Of a DNA stretch of 15,582 bases, positions 7,048 to 14,977 are shown piece by piece. The DNA lies in IMG/VR virus record IMGVR_UViG_3300029888_000066; one strand, given 5' to 3'. Position 1 is the stretch's first letter. Each line of letters opens with the position of its first letter. This stretch comes from a virus. Lineage: Duplodnaviria; Heunggongvirae; Uroviricota; Caudoviricetes. A program made the translations under genes and the position numbers. Under the pieces are notes generated by a model, which made no database searches, had not been told where the DNA came from, and saw only the letters and a list, made by a program, of their open reading frames with translations.

Positions 7048-7199
7048 ATCGTATTTCTTGTGTCATTAATTGTTTGATGTTCAGATTGTTTTCCTCGCGG
7101 GCTGGCGCGCCTCAGAAAGTAAAGCTTGTTGACAGGGGTAAACGTTCGGCAATAATTTTCTGCCGCATGCGGGTGTTGCATAAAACGTGCTACGTTCCT

Positions 7200-7505
7200 T
7201 TATCGACAGGTCAGGTCACCGCTCACCCGCCGACGAGAAAGCAACACTGACATGCTAAAGCAAAAAATAGATGAATAAGTTGAGTTGTGCATATGTAGCC
7301 TGACCGTCACAAAGTATATGGTGTCTGTACCAGTAAGATGATGGCCGGACTCTTTAAAAGCGAGCTGACCTGCACAATACAGGATGGACTTAGCAATGGC
7401 TGCTCCTGGCACAAAGCGGACAGTGATCACCGTTCTTACGACTACTTTCTGACTTCCTTCGTGACTTGCCCTAAGCATGTTGTAGTGCGATACTTGTAAT
7501 GACAT
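7200..7505 (-). CDS. YdfV-like ORF, 101 aa (position between flxA and relB)
   Basis: ORF of the expected length and position; no convincing ribosome-binding site seen; overlaps the relBE promoter region, so may not be translated. Confidence 0.35.
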   Translation of the reverse strand: MSLQVSHYNMLRASHEGSQKVVVRTVITVRFVPGAAIAKSILYCAGQLAFKESGHHLTGTDTIYFVTVRLHMHNSTYSSIFCFSMSVLLSRRRVSGDLTCR

Positions 7506-7518
7506 TTGTAATTACAAG
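7466..7518 (+). promoter_or_regulatory. relBE promoter with relO-type operator
   Basis: TTGCCC, 17-nt spacer, GATACT, overlapping the palindromic CTTGTAATGACATTTGTAATTACAAG immediately upstream of relB. Confidence 0.6.
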
Positions 7519-7529
7519 AGGTGTAAGAC

Positions 7530-7769
7530 ATGGGTAGCATTAACCTGCGTATTGACGATGAACTTAAAGCGCGTTCTTACGCCGCGCTTGAAAAAATGGG
7601 TGTAACTCCTTCTGAAGCGCTTCGTCTCATGCTCGAGTATATCGCTGACAATGAACGCTTGCCGTTCAAACAGACACTCCTGAGTGATGAAGATGCTGAA
7701 CTTGTGGAGATAGTGAAAGAACGGCTTCGTAATCCTAAGCCAGTACGTGTGACGCTGGATGAACTCTGA
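7530..7769 (+). CDS. relB: Antitoxin RelB, 79 aa
   Basis: Translation MGSINLRIDDELKARSYAALEKMGVTPSEALRLMLEYIADNERLPFKQTLLSDEDAELVEIVKERLRNPKPVRVTLDEL, recognised as RelB. Confidence 0.9.
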   Translation: MGSINLRIDDELKARSYAALEKMGVTPSEALRLMLEYIADNERLPFKQTLLSDEDAELVEIVKERLRNPKPVRVTLDEL

Positions 7770-8056
7770 TGGCGTATTTTCTGGATTTTGACGAGCGGGC
7801 ACTAAAGGAATGGCGAAAGCTGGGCTCGACGGTACGTGAACAGTTGAAAAAGAAGCTGGTTGAAGTACTTGAGTCACCCCGGATTGAAGCAAACAAGCTC
7901 CGTGGTATGCCTGATTGTTACAAGATTAAGCTCCGGTCTTCAGGCTATCGCCTTGTATACCAGGTTATAGACGAGAAAGTTGTCGTTTTCGTGATTTCTG
8001 TTGGGAAAAGAGAACGCTCGGAAGTATATAGCGAGGCGGTCAAACGCATTCTCTGA
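7769..8056 (+). CDS. relE: mRNA interferase toxin RelE, 95 aa
   Basis: Start overlaps the relB stop (ATGA-type coupling); translation MAYFLDFDERALKEWRKLGSTVREQLKKKLVEVLESPRIEANKLRGMPDCYKIKLR..., recognised as RelE. Confidence 0.9.
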   Translation: MAYFLDFDERALKEWRKLGSTVREQLKKKLVEVLESPRIEANKLRGMPDCYKIKLRSSGYRLVYQVIDEKVVVFVISVGKRERSEVYSEAVKRIL

Positions 8057-8127
8057 ACCAAAGCATGACATCTCTGTTTCGCACCGAAGGTGACACTTCT
8101 GCTTTGCGTTGACAGGAGAAGCAGGCT

Positions 8128-8283
8128 ATGAAGCAGCAAAAGGCGATGTTAATCGCCCTGATCGTCATCTGTTTAACCGTCATAGTGACGGCACTGGTAA
8201 CGAGGAAAGACCTCTGCGAGGTACGAATCCGAACCGGCCAGACGGAGGTCGCTGTCTTCACAGCTTACGAACCTGAGGAGTAA
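8128..8283 (+). CDS. hokD: Hok-family membrane toxin HokD (RelF), 51 aa
   Basis: Below the 60-aa cutoff of the ORF track; ATG 8128 with GGAGAAGCAGG upstream; translation MKQQKAMLIALIVICLTVIVTALVTRKDLCEVRIRTGQTEVAVFTAYEPEE. Confidence 0.85.
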   Translation: MKQQKAMLIALIVICLTVIVTALVTRKDLCEVRIRTGQTEVAVFTAYEPEE

Positions 8284-8351
8284 GAGACCCGGCGGGGGAG
8301 AAATCCCTCGCCACCTCTGATGTGGCAGGCATCCTCAACGCACCCGCACTT

Positions 8352-8379
8352 AACCCGCTTCGGCGGGTTTTTGTTTTTA
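8352..8379 (+). terminator. Intrinsic terminator after hokD
   Basis: ACCCGC-TTCG-GCGGGT hairpin followed by TTTTTGTTTTTATTTT. Confidence 0.7.
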
Positions 8380-8499
8380 TTTTCAACGCGTTTGAAGTTC
8401 TGGACGGTGCCGGAATAGAATCAAAAATACTTAAGTAGCGCGCAGGGATAAGAGGGATGGTCCCTTAAAGGGGAGAGCTAATTATCCGGAAGGATTCTG

Positions 8500-8751
8500 A
8501 TGATGAACATCGAAGAACTGCGTAAAATTTTTTGTGAAGATGGCCTCTATGCTGTGTGCGTTGAAAATGGAAATCTTGTTAGTCATTACCGCATTATGTG
8601 TTTGCGAAAGAATGGGGCTGCGTTAATTAATTTTGTGGATGCTCGGGTCACGGACGGATTTATCTTGCGCGAAGGTGAGTTTGTCACTTCATTACAGGCA
8701 TTGAAAGAGATCGGAATAAAAGCTGGCTTTTCTGCTTTTTCAGGAGAATAA
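8500..8751 (+). CDS. rem: Rem, small prophage protein, 83 aa
   Basis: Matches the 83-aa length and position of Rem in Qin-type prophages; MMNIEELRKIFCEDGLYAVCVENGNLVSHYRIMCLRKNG; GGAAGGA Shine-Dalgarno upstream; possible promoter TTGAAG at about 8391. Confidence 0.7.
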   Translation: MMNIEELRKIFCEDGLYAVCVENGNLVSHYRIMCLRKNGAALINFVDARVTDGFILREGEFVTSLQALKEIGIKAGFSAFSGE

Positions 8752-8817
8752 ACTCATCTACAATCTTGCGCGGGGCTGAACTCCCGCTGAGTAACACCGT
8801 GCCACCGGAGAAAACCG

Positions 8818-9096
8818 ATGGCACGCAACGCAAAATATTACAATTCTGATAATTCGCCCGTTCTTGCCTGCACGCACGGGCGGTATTCTCACGCATTCAA
8901 GTCTGAATGGTTCCAGCACCCTCCATGCACTGCAGAACAGGCCGAATGGCTGATTCATTCTTACCGCAGGCGCGGGTTCGAGGTTAAGAAAGCTCTCAGT
9001 CTCGACTATCGGCACTGGATAATCTCTGTCAGGCTGCCTTATTCCGAACGCCCACCACGTGCGTCCCGCACTTTCCAGCAACGGATCTGGAGGTAA
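8818..9096 (+). CDS. Hypothetical Cys/His-rich 92-aa protein, translationally coupled to ydfU
   Basis: GGAG 7 nt upstream of ATG; stop TAA sits inside the GGAGGTAAcGTG junction that starts ydfU; MARNAKYYNSDNSPVLACTHGRYSHAFKSEWFQHPPCTAEQAEWLIH. Confidence 0.5.
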   Translation: MARNAKYYNSDNSPVLACTHGRYSHAFKSEWFQHPPCTAEQAEWLIHSYRRRGFEVKKALSLDYRHWIISVRLPYSERPPRASRTFQQRIWR

Positions 9097-9097
9097 C

Positions 9098-10147
9098 GTG
9101 CGGGTATTACTTAGACCTGTTCTGGTGCCTGAGCTTGGGCTGGTGGTCCTTAAGCCGGGCCGTGAATCCATACAGATATTTCATAATCCTCGAGTGCTGG
9201 TGGAACCGGAACCAAAAAGCATGCGTAATCTGCCATCCGGAGTCGTTCCTGCCGTTCGCCAGCCGCTGGCGGAAGACAAAACATTGCTGCCGTTTTTTAG
9301 TAACGAACGGGTGATTCGTGCTGCTGGCGGCGTTGGCGCATTGTCCGACTGGCTATTACGTCATGTTACATCCTGCCAGTGGCCTAATGGCGATTACCAT
9401 CACACTGAAACAGTCATTCACCGTTATGGTACCGGCGCAATGGTGTTGTGCTGGCACTGCGACAACCAACTGCGTGACCAGACATCGGAATCACTGGAGC
9501 TGCTTGCTCAACAAAATCTGACAGCATGGGTGATTGACGTCATCCGTCACGCAATAAGCGGTACGCAGGAGCGGGAATTATCTTTGGCTGAATTATCCTG
9601 GTGGGCGGTCTGCAATCAGGTGGTGGATGCACTACCTGAGGCTGTATCGCGTCGTTCGCTGGGATTACCAGCGGAAAAAATCTGCTCGGTGTACCGCGAA
9701 AGCGACATCGTACCGGGAGAGCAGACCGCCACCAGCATATTGAAACAACGCACAAAAAATCTTGCACCGTTGCCTTACGCCCACCAGCAACAAAAATCAC
9801 CACAGGAAAAGACGGTGGTAAGCATCACCGTTGATCCAGAGTCTCCGGAATCTTTCATGAAGCTGCCTAAACGTCGCCGCTGGGTTAAGGAGAAATACAC
9901 ACGTTGGGTTAAGACACAGCCGTGTGCTTGCTGCGGTATGCCAGCCGACGATCCGCATCATCTGATTGGTCACGGGCAGGGCGGAATGGGAACAAAAGCA
10001 CATGATCTCTTTGTGTTGCCTTTGTGCAGAAAGCATCACAACGAGCTGCATACGGATACAGTGGCATTTGAAGATAAGTATGGCTCCCAACTGGAGCTGA
10101 TATTTCGTTTTATCGATCGCGCGCTGGCAATTGGCGTACTGGCGTAA
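9098..10147 (+). CDS. ydfU: YdfU-like prophage protein, 349 aa, C-terminal Cys/His (HNH-like) motif
   Basis: GTG start 4-5 nt after GGAGG; 349 aa, as I recall for YdfU; C-terminus KTQPCACCGMPADDPHHLIGHGQGG...LCRKHHNELH; the longer ORF from 9059 is an upstream extension. Confidence 0.7.
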   Translation: MRVLLRPVLVPELGLVVLKPGRESIQIFHNPRVLVEPEPKSMRNLPSGVVPAVRQPLAEDKTLLPFFSNERVIRAAGGVGALSDWLLRHVTSCQWPNGDYHHTETVIHRYGTGAMVLCWHCDNQLRDQTSESLELLAQQNLTAWVIDVIRHAISGTQERELSLAELSWWAVCNQVVDALPEAVSRRSLGLPAEKICSVYRESDIVPGEQTATSILKQRTKNLAPLPYAHQQQKSPQEKTVVSITVDPESPESFMKLPKRRRWVKEKYTRWVKTQPCACCGMPADDPHHLIGHGQGGMGTKAHDLFVLPLCRKHHNELHTDTVAFEDKYGSQLELIFRFIDRALAIGVLA

Positions 10148-10160
10148 GTGGAGAACGAGC

Positions 10161-10913
10161 ATGAACCTTGAAGCCTTACCAAAATATTACTCCCCAAAAT
10201 CTCCAAAATTGAGCGATGACGCTCCAGCGACAGGCACCGGTTGTTTAACAATTACGGATGTAATGGCAGCGCAGGGGATGGTGCAGTCGAAAGCACCACT
10301 TGGGTTGGCCTTATTTCTGGCAAAAGTTGGTGTTCAGGACCCTCAGTTTGCGATTGAAGGCCTGCTAAATTACGCGATGGCACTGGATAACCCGACATTG
10401 AACAAATTGAGTGAAGAAATCCGGTTACAGATTATTCCTTACCTCGTGAGTTTTGCCTTTGCTGATTACTCCAGGTCTGCGGCAAGTAAGGCTCGCTGTG
10501 AGCATTGTTCAGGTACGGGATTTTATAATGTATTGCGCGAAGTGGTGAAACACTACAGACGCGGGGAATCTGTAATCAAGGAAGAATGGGTGAAGGAACT
10601 ATGTCAGCATTGCCATGGTAAGGGCGAAGCCAGCACAGCGTGCAGAGGGTGTAAGGGTAAAGGGATTGTTCTGGATGAAAAAAGAACCCGGTTTCATGGC
10701 GTACCGGTATATAAGATTTGTGGGCGTTGTAATGGAAACCGGTTTAGTCGTTTACCGACCACGCTGGCACGACGTCATGTCCAGAAGCTGGTACCAGACC
10801 TGACCGATTATCAGTGGTATAAGGGGTATGCGGACGTCATTGGTAAACTGGTAACAAAGTGCTGGCAGGAAGAAGCATACGCGGAAGCGCAATTGAGGAA
10901 GGTGACGAGATAA
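10161..10913 (+). CDS. quuQ: Late-gene antiterminator Q homologue, 250 aa
   Basis: MNLEALPKYYSPKSPKLSDDAPATGTGC... with a CxxC...CxxC zinc-binding region (CEHCSGTG, CQHCHGKG, CRGCKGKG); start chosen at the MNLEALP methionine; the track ORF 10131 start overlaps ydfU. Confidence 0.85.
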   Translation: MNLEALPKYYSPKSPKLSDDAPATGTGCLTITDVMAAQGMVQSKAPLGLALFLAKVGVQDPQFAIEGLLNYAMALDNPTLNKLSEEIRLQIIPYLVSFAFADYSRSAASKARCEHCSGTGFYNVLREVVKHYRRGESVIKEEWVKELCQHCHGKGEASTACRGCKGKGIVLDEKRTRFHGVPVYKICGRCNGNRFSRLPTTLARRHVQKLVPDLTDYQWYKGYADVIGKLVTKCWQEEAYAEAQLRKVTR

Positions 10914-10944
10914 ATGATTTTTGCTGAAGATGGCGACATGATGT

Positions 10945-10973
10945 TTGCATTCTTCAAAAAATATGGATAAAAT
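10945..10973 (+). promoter_or_regulatory. Candidate late promoter (PR'-like) downstream of Q
   Basis: TTGCAT, 17-nt spacer, TAAAAT, starting 32 bp after the quuQ stop. Confidence 0.45.
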
Positions 10974-11020
10974 TTTTTCAACGATGGGCTTTGTATACCC
11001 GACGTTAAGAAAAAGTAGAA

Positions 11021-11049
11021 AACCCGCTGATGAGCGGGTTTTGTGCTTT
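11021..11049 (+). terminator. Intrinsic terminator (tR'-like) about 50-70 nt after the candidate late promoter
   Basis: AACCCGCT-GATG-AGCGGGTT hairpin followed by TTTTGTGCTTT. Confidence 0.7.
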
Positions 11050-11334
11050 AAATGGGGCAATGGTAATGTTGAATCTCATCCCGGGACTCATGTCTGTTAA
11101 CTTATTATTTAGCTGGTGACTTGGTTATTTGCCTGATGTTTAAAATGTTTTCTTCCAGTACAATGTCCCTAAACACAATGAGTCTGCTTATTATATTATT
11201 AGCAGAGCTATTACGGCCAAAGTACAGCATAAGCTTTTAAAGCCAATCAACCAGTCATCAAGACAGACGGGGTTATTCATAAAAACTCTCCATGTGTGAT
11301 CCGATGGGGCCTGAAATTAAAGCTTTAATATAGC

Positions 11335-11547
11335 TCATGAAAGGTAAACATTGGCAGCTGAAGGGCCACGCAGACCATTTATCCGGCAAAATTCCACGCG
11401 TAATCCGGTGGTAATTTCTTCTGCATCGCGGAGATTGAGCGCTGAAACATGAAGCTGGACATCGATACGACCATCGGATGGGGTGATAAGACCCTTGCCG
11501 CTTTTGCCGTCAAAGGTTTTGACAATTCCTGTCATTTTACGGGACAA
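11335..11547 (-). CDS. cspF: Cold-shock-protein family CspF, 70 aa
   Basis: Translation [70 protein letters not shown]. Confidence 0.9.
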
Positions 11548-11847
11548 AAAAATTCCTTAATACTGATAACTTGGCGCACTATACACACGTTCCTGAAGAA
11601 AGCTATAGTTTTTTGATGGGGTTGAAGATGGCTGGATGTCTAAAATAAACATTGCTTCATATGTTCAACTATGCGTTAATGATTGCGTCGGTTTGAAGAA
11701 CAGACGATATACGAAGTAGTTTACTAAAGCAGTTCTCATTTCAGGTGTTATTCACTTATTCCTTCTTTGAGTCTCTCCAATTAAGTACGAAGTCGTTTCT
11801 GTTATGCAAACCATTTATGCCGAAAGGCTCAAGTTAAGGAATGTAGA

Positions 11848-12063
11848 ATGTCAAATAAAATGACTGGTTTAGTAAAATGGTTTAACGCTGATAAAGGTTT
11901 CGGCTTTATTTCTCCTGTTGATGGTAGTAAAGATGTGTTTGTGCATTTTTCTGCGATTCAGAATGATAATTATCGAACCTTATTTGAAGGTCAAAAGGTT
12001 ACCTTCTCTATAGAGAGTGGTGCTAAAGGTCCTGCAGCAGCAAATGTCATCATTACTGATTAA
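11848..12063 (+). CDS. cspB: Cold-shock protein CspB, 71 aa
   Basis: Translation [71 protein letters not shown]; long 5' leader (about 300 nt) typical of csp genes. Confidence 0.9.
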   Translation: MSNKMTGLVKWFNADKGFGFISPVDGSKDVFVHFSAIQNDNYRTLFEGQKVTFSIESGAKGPAAANVIITD

Positions 12064-12334
12064 AATTCATCGCTCGTCTGTATACGATAACGAAGAAGGC
12101 TGATGCCTGAGTAGAGATACGGACAGAGTAGTGAATATTGGATCTCTTTAATAAAAAGTAAGGAGGTCCAATACATGAAACAATGGCTAGCATATTTGGC
12201 AAAATCTTAATCAGGAAAAGTATGCTAACCATTGTGGTGAAGTGCAGGTTTGCTGCATGAATAGTTTTACAGCAGAAGCTAACTGCTGGCATGGCAAAAC
12301 AAAGTGCGTAAGTGGATGACTCCCACAAAAAGCA

Positions 12335-13075
12335 CCACAATCTCAAACCCGCTCAGGCGGGTTTTTTATTGTGCACAGAAAACCCCCAGCTAGGCTGGGG
12401 GTTCCGGAAAGCTTTCAGCTTTAAGCCAGTTATTAAAACCCCTTTTGATTTGTTAAAACACCTTGCGGTCTGGCAACTGCAAGTGTCAAACAAGAAATCA
12501 AAAGGGGGTCCCAATGGGGAACGAAAAGAGCTTAGCGCACACCCGATGGAACTGTAAATATCACATAGTATTTGCGCCAAAATACCGAAGACAGGTGTTC
12601 TACAGAGAGAAGCGTAGAGCAATAGGCTGTATTTTGAGAAAGCTGTGTGAGTGGAAAAGTGTACGGATTCTGGAAGCTGAATGCTGTGCAGATCATATCC
12701 ATATGCTTGTGGAGATCCCGCCCAAAATGAGCGTATCAGGCTTTATGGGATATCTGAAAGGGAAAAGCAGTCTGATGCCTTACGAGCAGTTTGGTGATTT
12801 GAAATTCAAATACAGGAACAGGGAGTTCTGGTGCAGAGGGTATTACGTCGATACGGTGGGTAAGAACACGGCGAAGATACAGGATTACATAAAGCACCAG
12901 CTTGAAGAGGATAAAATGGGAGAGCAGTTATCGATTCCCTATCCGGGCAGCCCGTTTACGGGCCGTAAGTAACGAAGTTGGATGCAAATGTCAGATCGTG
13001 TGCGCCTGTTAGGGCGCGGCTGGTAAGAGAGCCTTACAGGCGCATTTGAAAAACCTCCGGCTATGCCGGAGGATA
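12335..13075 (+). mobile_element. IS200 (IS200/IS605 family), about 0.7 kb; ends approximate within about 40 bp
   Basis: tnpA preceded by the characteristic left-end structures: terminator-like hairpin 12345-12367, perfect 8-bp hairpin 12383-12401, and a long-range stem (CCCCTTTTGATTT 12439-12451 pairing with AAATCAAAAGGGG 12496-12508) that sequesters the tnpA Shine-Dalgarno. Confidence 0.7.
12514..12972 (+). CDS. tnpA: IS200 transposase TnpA (HUH/Y1 type), 152 aa
   Basis: MGNEKSLAHTRWNCKYHIVFAPKYRRQVFYREKRRAIGCILRKLCEWKSVRILEAECCADHIHMLVEIPPKMSVSGFMGYLKG..., recognised as IS200 TnpA (HxH motif in CADHIHML); track ORF 12463 is an upstream TTG extension. Confidence 0.9.
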   Translation: MGNEKSLAHTRWNCKYHIVFAPKYRRQVFYREKRRAIGCILRKLCEWKSVRILEAECCADHIHMLVEIPPKMSVSGFMGYLKGKSSLMPYEQFGDLKFKYRNREFWCRGYYVDTVGKNTAKIQDYIKHQLEEDKMGEQLSIPYPGSPFTGRK

Positions 13076-13462
13076 TTTATTCGGGGCTGTGGGGTATTTC
13101 CAGGGCCTCTCCTTTACCACTCCCGGGAAGGCCCTTTCCCTTCTTGTCGGTAATTTCACAAGTTGTCCCATACTTGCAAGATCGCGCATCAGCTCCGGTA
13201 TACGTCCCGGTGAAGCGCCCTGCAATGTCATCAGCATTCTCATCACCATTCCGCATGATTCTGAGAAACTCAGTTGATTCGGCCAGTAACCTTTCAGATG
13301 TTCCGCCATTTTAATCATCTGATATCTCACCAGATTATAAGCCAGTAAGACACCCCACAGCTCTTGCTCCACAAGCTCCGGCTTTTTACTTCTCAGCGTC
13401 AGCCTGCTCAGTTGCATCGTCTGTTTTATCTCTCTGTATCCCTGGTCAGGTTGACGGGGCAC
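13061..13462 (-). pseudogene. Truncated ORF, possibly a transposase C-terminal remnant, abutting the IS200 right end
   Basis: 133-aa ORF with no N-terminal continuation; contains an AYNLVR motif reminiscent of IS transposase C-termini; its last codons run into the hairpin CCTCCGGCTATGCCGGAGG (about 13054-13072) at the IS200 boundary. Family not determined. Confidence 0.3.
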
Positions 13463-14195
13463 TAGTGGTTTCAGCGGTTAATCGTCGAACAGGCGCGAGA
13501 CAATATTCGCATTCAACAAAATAACAAACGCAACACTGATCGTTTTGTTGAGAGGATAACTCTTTTTCAGGGTTATGGGTGAAAGGCCTGAAAATTTGCG
13601 ATTATCTTTAAGAGAGTCACAAATACACTCCAAAACCAAAACCCGCTCTCTCATTCTTTAGACTGAACTTAGCGTAGCTCACCATGTCAAAATGTTTGAA
13701 ACTGCTCTGGTGTGGGAAGTGTTCGAAAACTCGTAGATTGTTATTTCAATCAGTGCGCAAAAGAGTGTCTTACTGAAAAATGAATATAGATATTCATCTG
13801 GCGATTCGAGACGAAAAGATTTCTTTCATCCGCAGTTATGCGCATGGTTAAGAGGTGACGATTGAAGAAGTCCTGATCTTACTGAAGTTACGCGGATAGT
13901 GGGTAATGCCGCGAGATTGATGGAACTTTAAAAATTATCTCTTAACGTTTTACGGATATAAAAAGTTTATTTTTTGTTAAGAGAGATTACTTCACCAGAC
14001 AACTTGAACTCGCTGCAGGGCGTTTTTTATGCCCGAAAAGCTGCACAGTACGTTAAATATGCTGGTGATTGTGCAGTGAGTTTCTCCAAGCCTGATGTGA
14101 CTTGACTGAATGATATCACATTTGTAATGAAAAATAAATCAATGTTTTTAAGTTGCTAGGTGTTTGTTTCTATAGCTGGGGCACTTCCTTTTACT

Positions 14196-14339
14196 ATGGC
14201 TTTCCATGGTGGGGGCGGAGCTGGTGTTGATGATGTGGCCAGAAGCCTGTTTTATGCTGTTACAGTCATCGTTATATTCCTTATTGGATGGGGAGCAGGT
14301 ATTGTTTTCTTTCTGGGAATTAAACAAAAAACAATATGA
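14196..14339 (+). CDS. Candidate small hydrophobic protein, 47 aa
   Basis: MAFHGGGGAGVDDVARSLFYAVTVIVIFLIGWGAGIVFFLGIKQKTI; stop overlaps the next ATG (ATGA); weak ribosome-binding site; alternative frame 14206..14514 overlaps it. Confidence 0.3.
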   Translation: MAFHGGGGAGVDDVARSLFYAVTVIVIFLIGWGAGIVFFLGIKQKTI

Positions 14340-14770
14340 AGGATTTGAGTTTTATCAGATTTTTTCTGGCAATATTGTTGCTTCTTGTTCCTCCTGCTCT
14401 GGAGTTTCCAGTAATTCATCGGCACATTACGCCAGGTGCACTGACTTTATGCGTCATTACAGCCTTAATAATTACGCTGCTTGCCAGCTTGGGCGGCAGG
14501 CTTGTCTCAGTTAAATGTATTTCGGAGATTTCGTTTATTCGTCGTCACCGGATTGAGTGCATGATGGCGGGATTTATGATTTATTTCTGGACATTCTCTC
14601 TTATTGCTGGTTGGTACAAGCCCCAGTTTGAGAAGGAATATCAGACACTCCACTATGAGAATGCTAGGTATTACGTTCTTGCACGCTATGACGGTCGTTT
14701 AGTTTTATCACAATCGTACAGGAGCGGGAGTAGGAAGTTTGTTATAATCAATGGCGGACATAGACTTTGA
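14336..14770 (+). CDS. Hypothetical membrane protein, 144 aa
   Basis: Three hydrophobic segments (FLAILLLLVPPAL, LTLCVITALIITLLASLGG, MMAGFMIYFWTFSLIAGW) followed by a hydrophilic tail; possible promoter TTGACT 14102-14107, 17-nt spacer, TAATGA; no recognisable homologue. Confidence 0.45.
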   Translation: MKDLSFIRFFLAILLLLVPPALEFPVIHRHITPGALTLCVITALIITLLASLGGRLVSVKCISEISFIRRHRIECMMAGFMIYFWTFSLIAGWYKPQFEKEYQTLHYENARYYVLARYDGRLVLSQSYRSGSRKFVIINGGHRL

Positions 14771-14977
14771 GATTAATGTAGTCAGAGTGTGTTAAAATTC
14801 CCTTAGAAATCGGGAATAGGTAGTACTAGATACGCAGGATTTAATCAGTCGTATTGAGATGGAATTGCAGAGTTAAACTGGCATGGATTATTTTGTACCC
14901 AGCCCTTAAGAACAATGGTGAGAGATAGTAACTCATAATCGCCAATTCACTGTTTTAAATTTAGTAAGGGCCGCTAT

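Noticed and set aside
7029-7250. Plus-strand ORF 7029..7250
   Set aside because: It starts inside the sigma-28 promoter of flxA and runs through intergenic DNA, with no ribosome-binding site.
7512-8261. Minus-strand ORFs 7512..7892, 7945..8139 and 8040..8261
   Set aside because: Antisense to relB, relE and hokD respectively.
10131-10160. Upstream extension of quuQ to the ATG at 10131 (260-aa version)
   Set aside because: It would overlap the ydfU stop by 17 nt, and the 250-aa form starting MNLEALP is the one I recognise.
8684-10251. Minus-strand ORFs 8684..8896, 8758..9171, 9540..9803, 9797..10162 and 10036..10251, and plus ORF 9318..9521
   Set aside because: All overlap rem, the 92-aa ORF, ydfU or quuQ on the opposite strand or in another frame, and have no independent support.
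10615-11060. ORFs 10615..10803 (plus) and 10752..11060 (minus)
   Set aside because: The first is an alternative frame within quuQ. The second is antisense across the quuQ 3' end and the late promoter/terminator, with a TTG start inside the terminator hairpin.
12053-12622. ORFs 12053..12346 (minus), 12312..12557 (plus) and 12353..12622 (minus)
   Set aside because: They run through the IS200 left-end hairpins and antisense to tnpA; the frames are kept open by the structured AT- and GC-rich repeats, not by coding.
13063-13314. Plus-strand ORFs 13063..13314 and 13089..13277
   Set aside because: Antisense to the truncated transposase-like ORF, with proline/serine-rich artefact composition.
13935-13989. 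9-bp inverted repeat TCTCTTAAC / GTTAAGAGA with a 29-nt AT-rich loop
   Set aside because: A short stem with a large loop in AT-rich DNA is expected by chance at this length; no adjacent promoter or U-run makes it a credible regulatory element.
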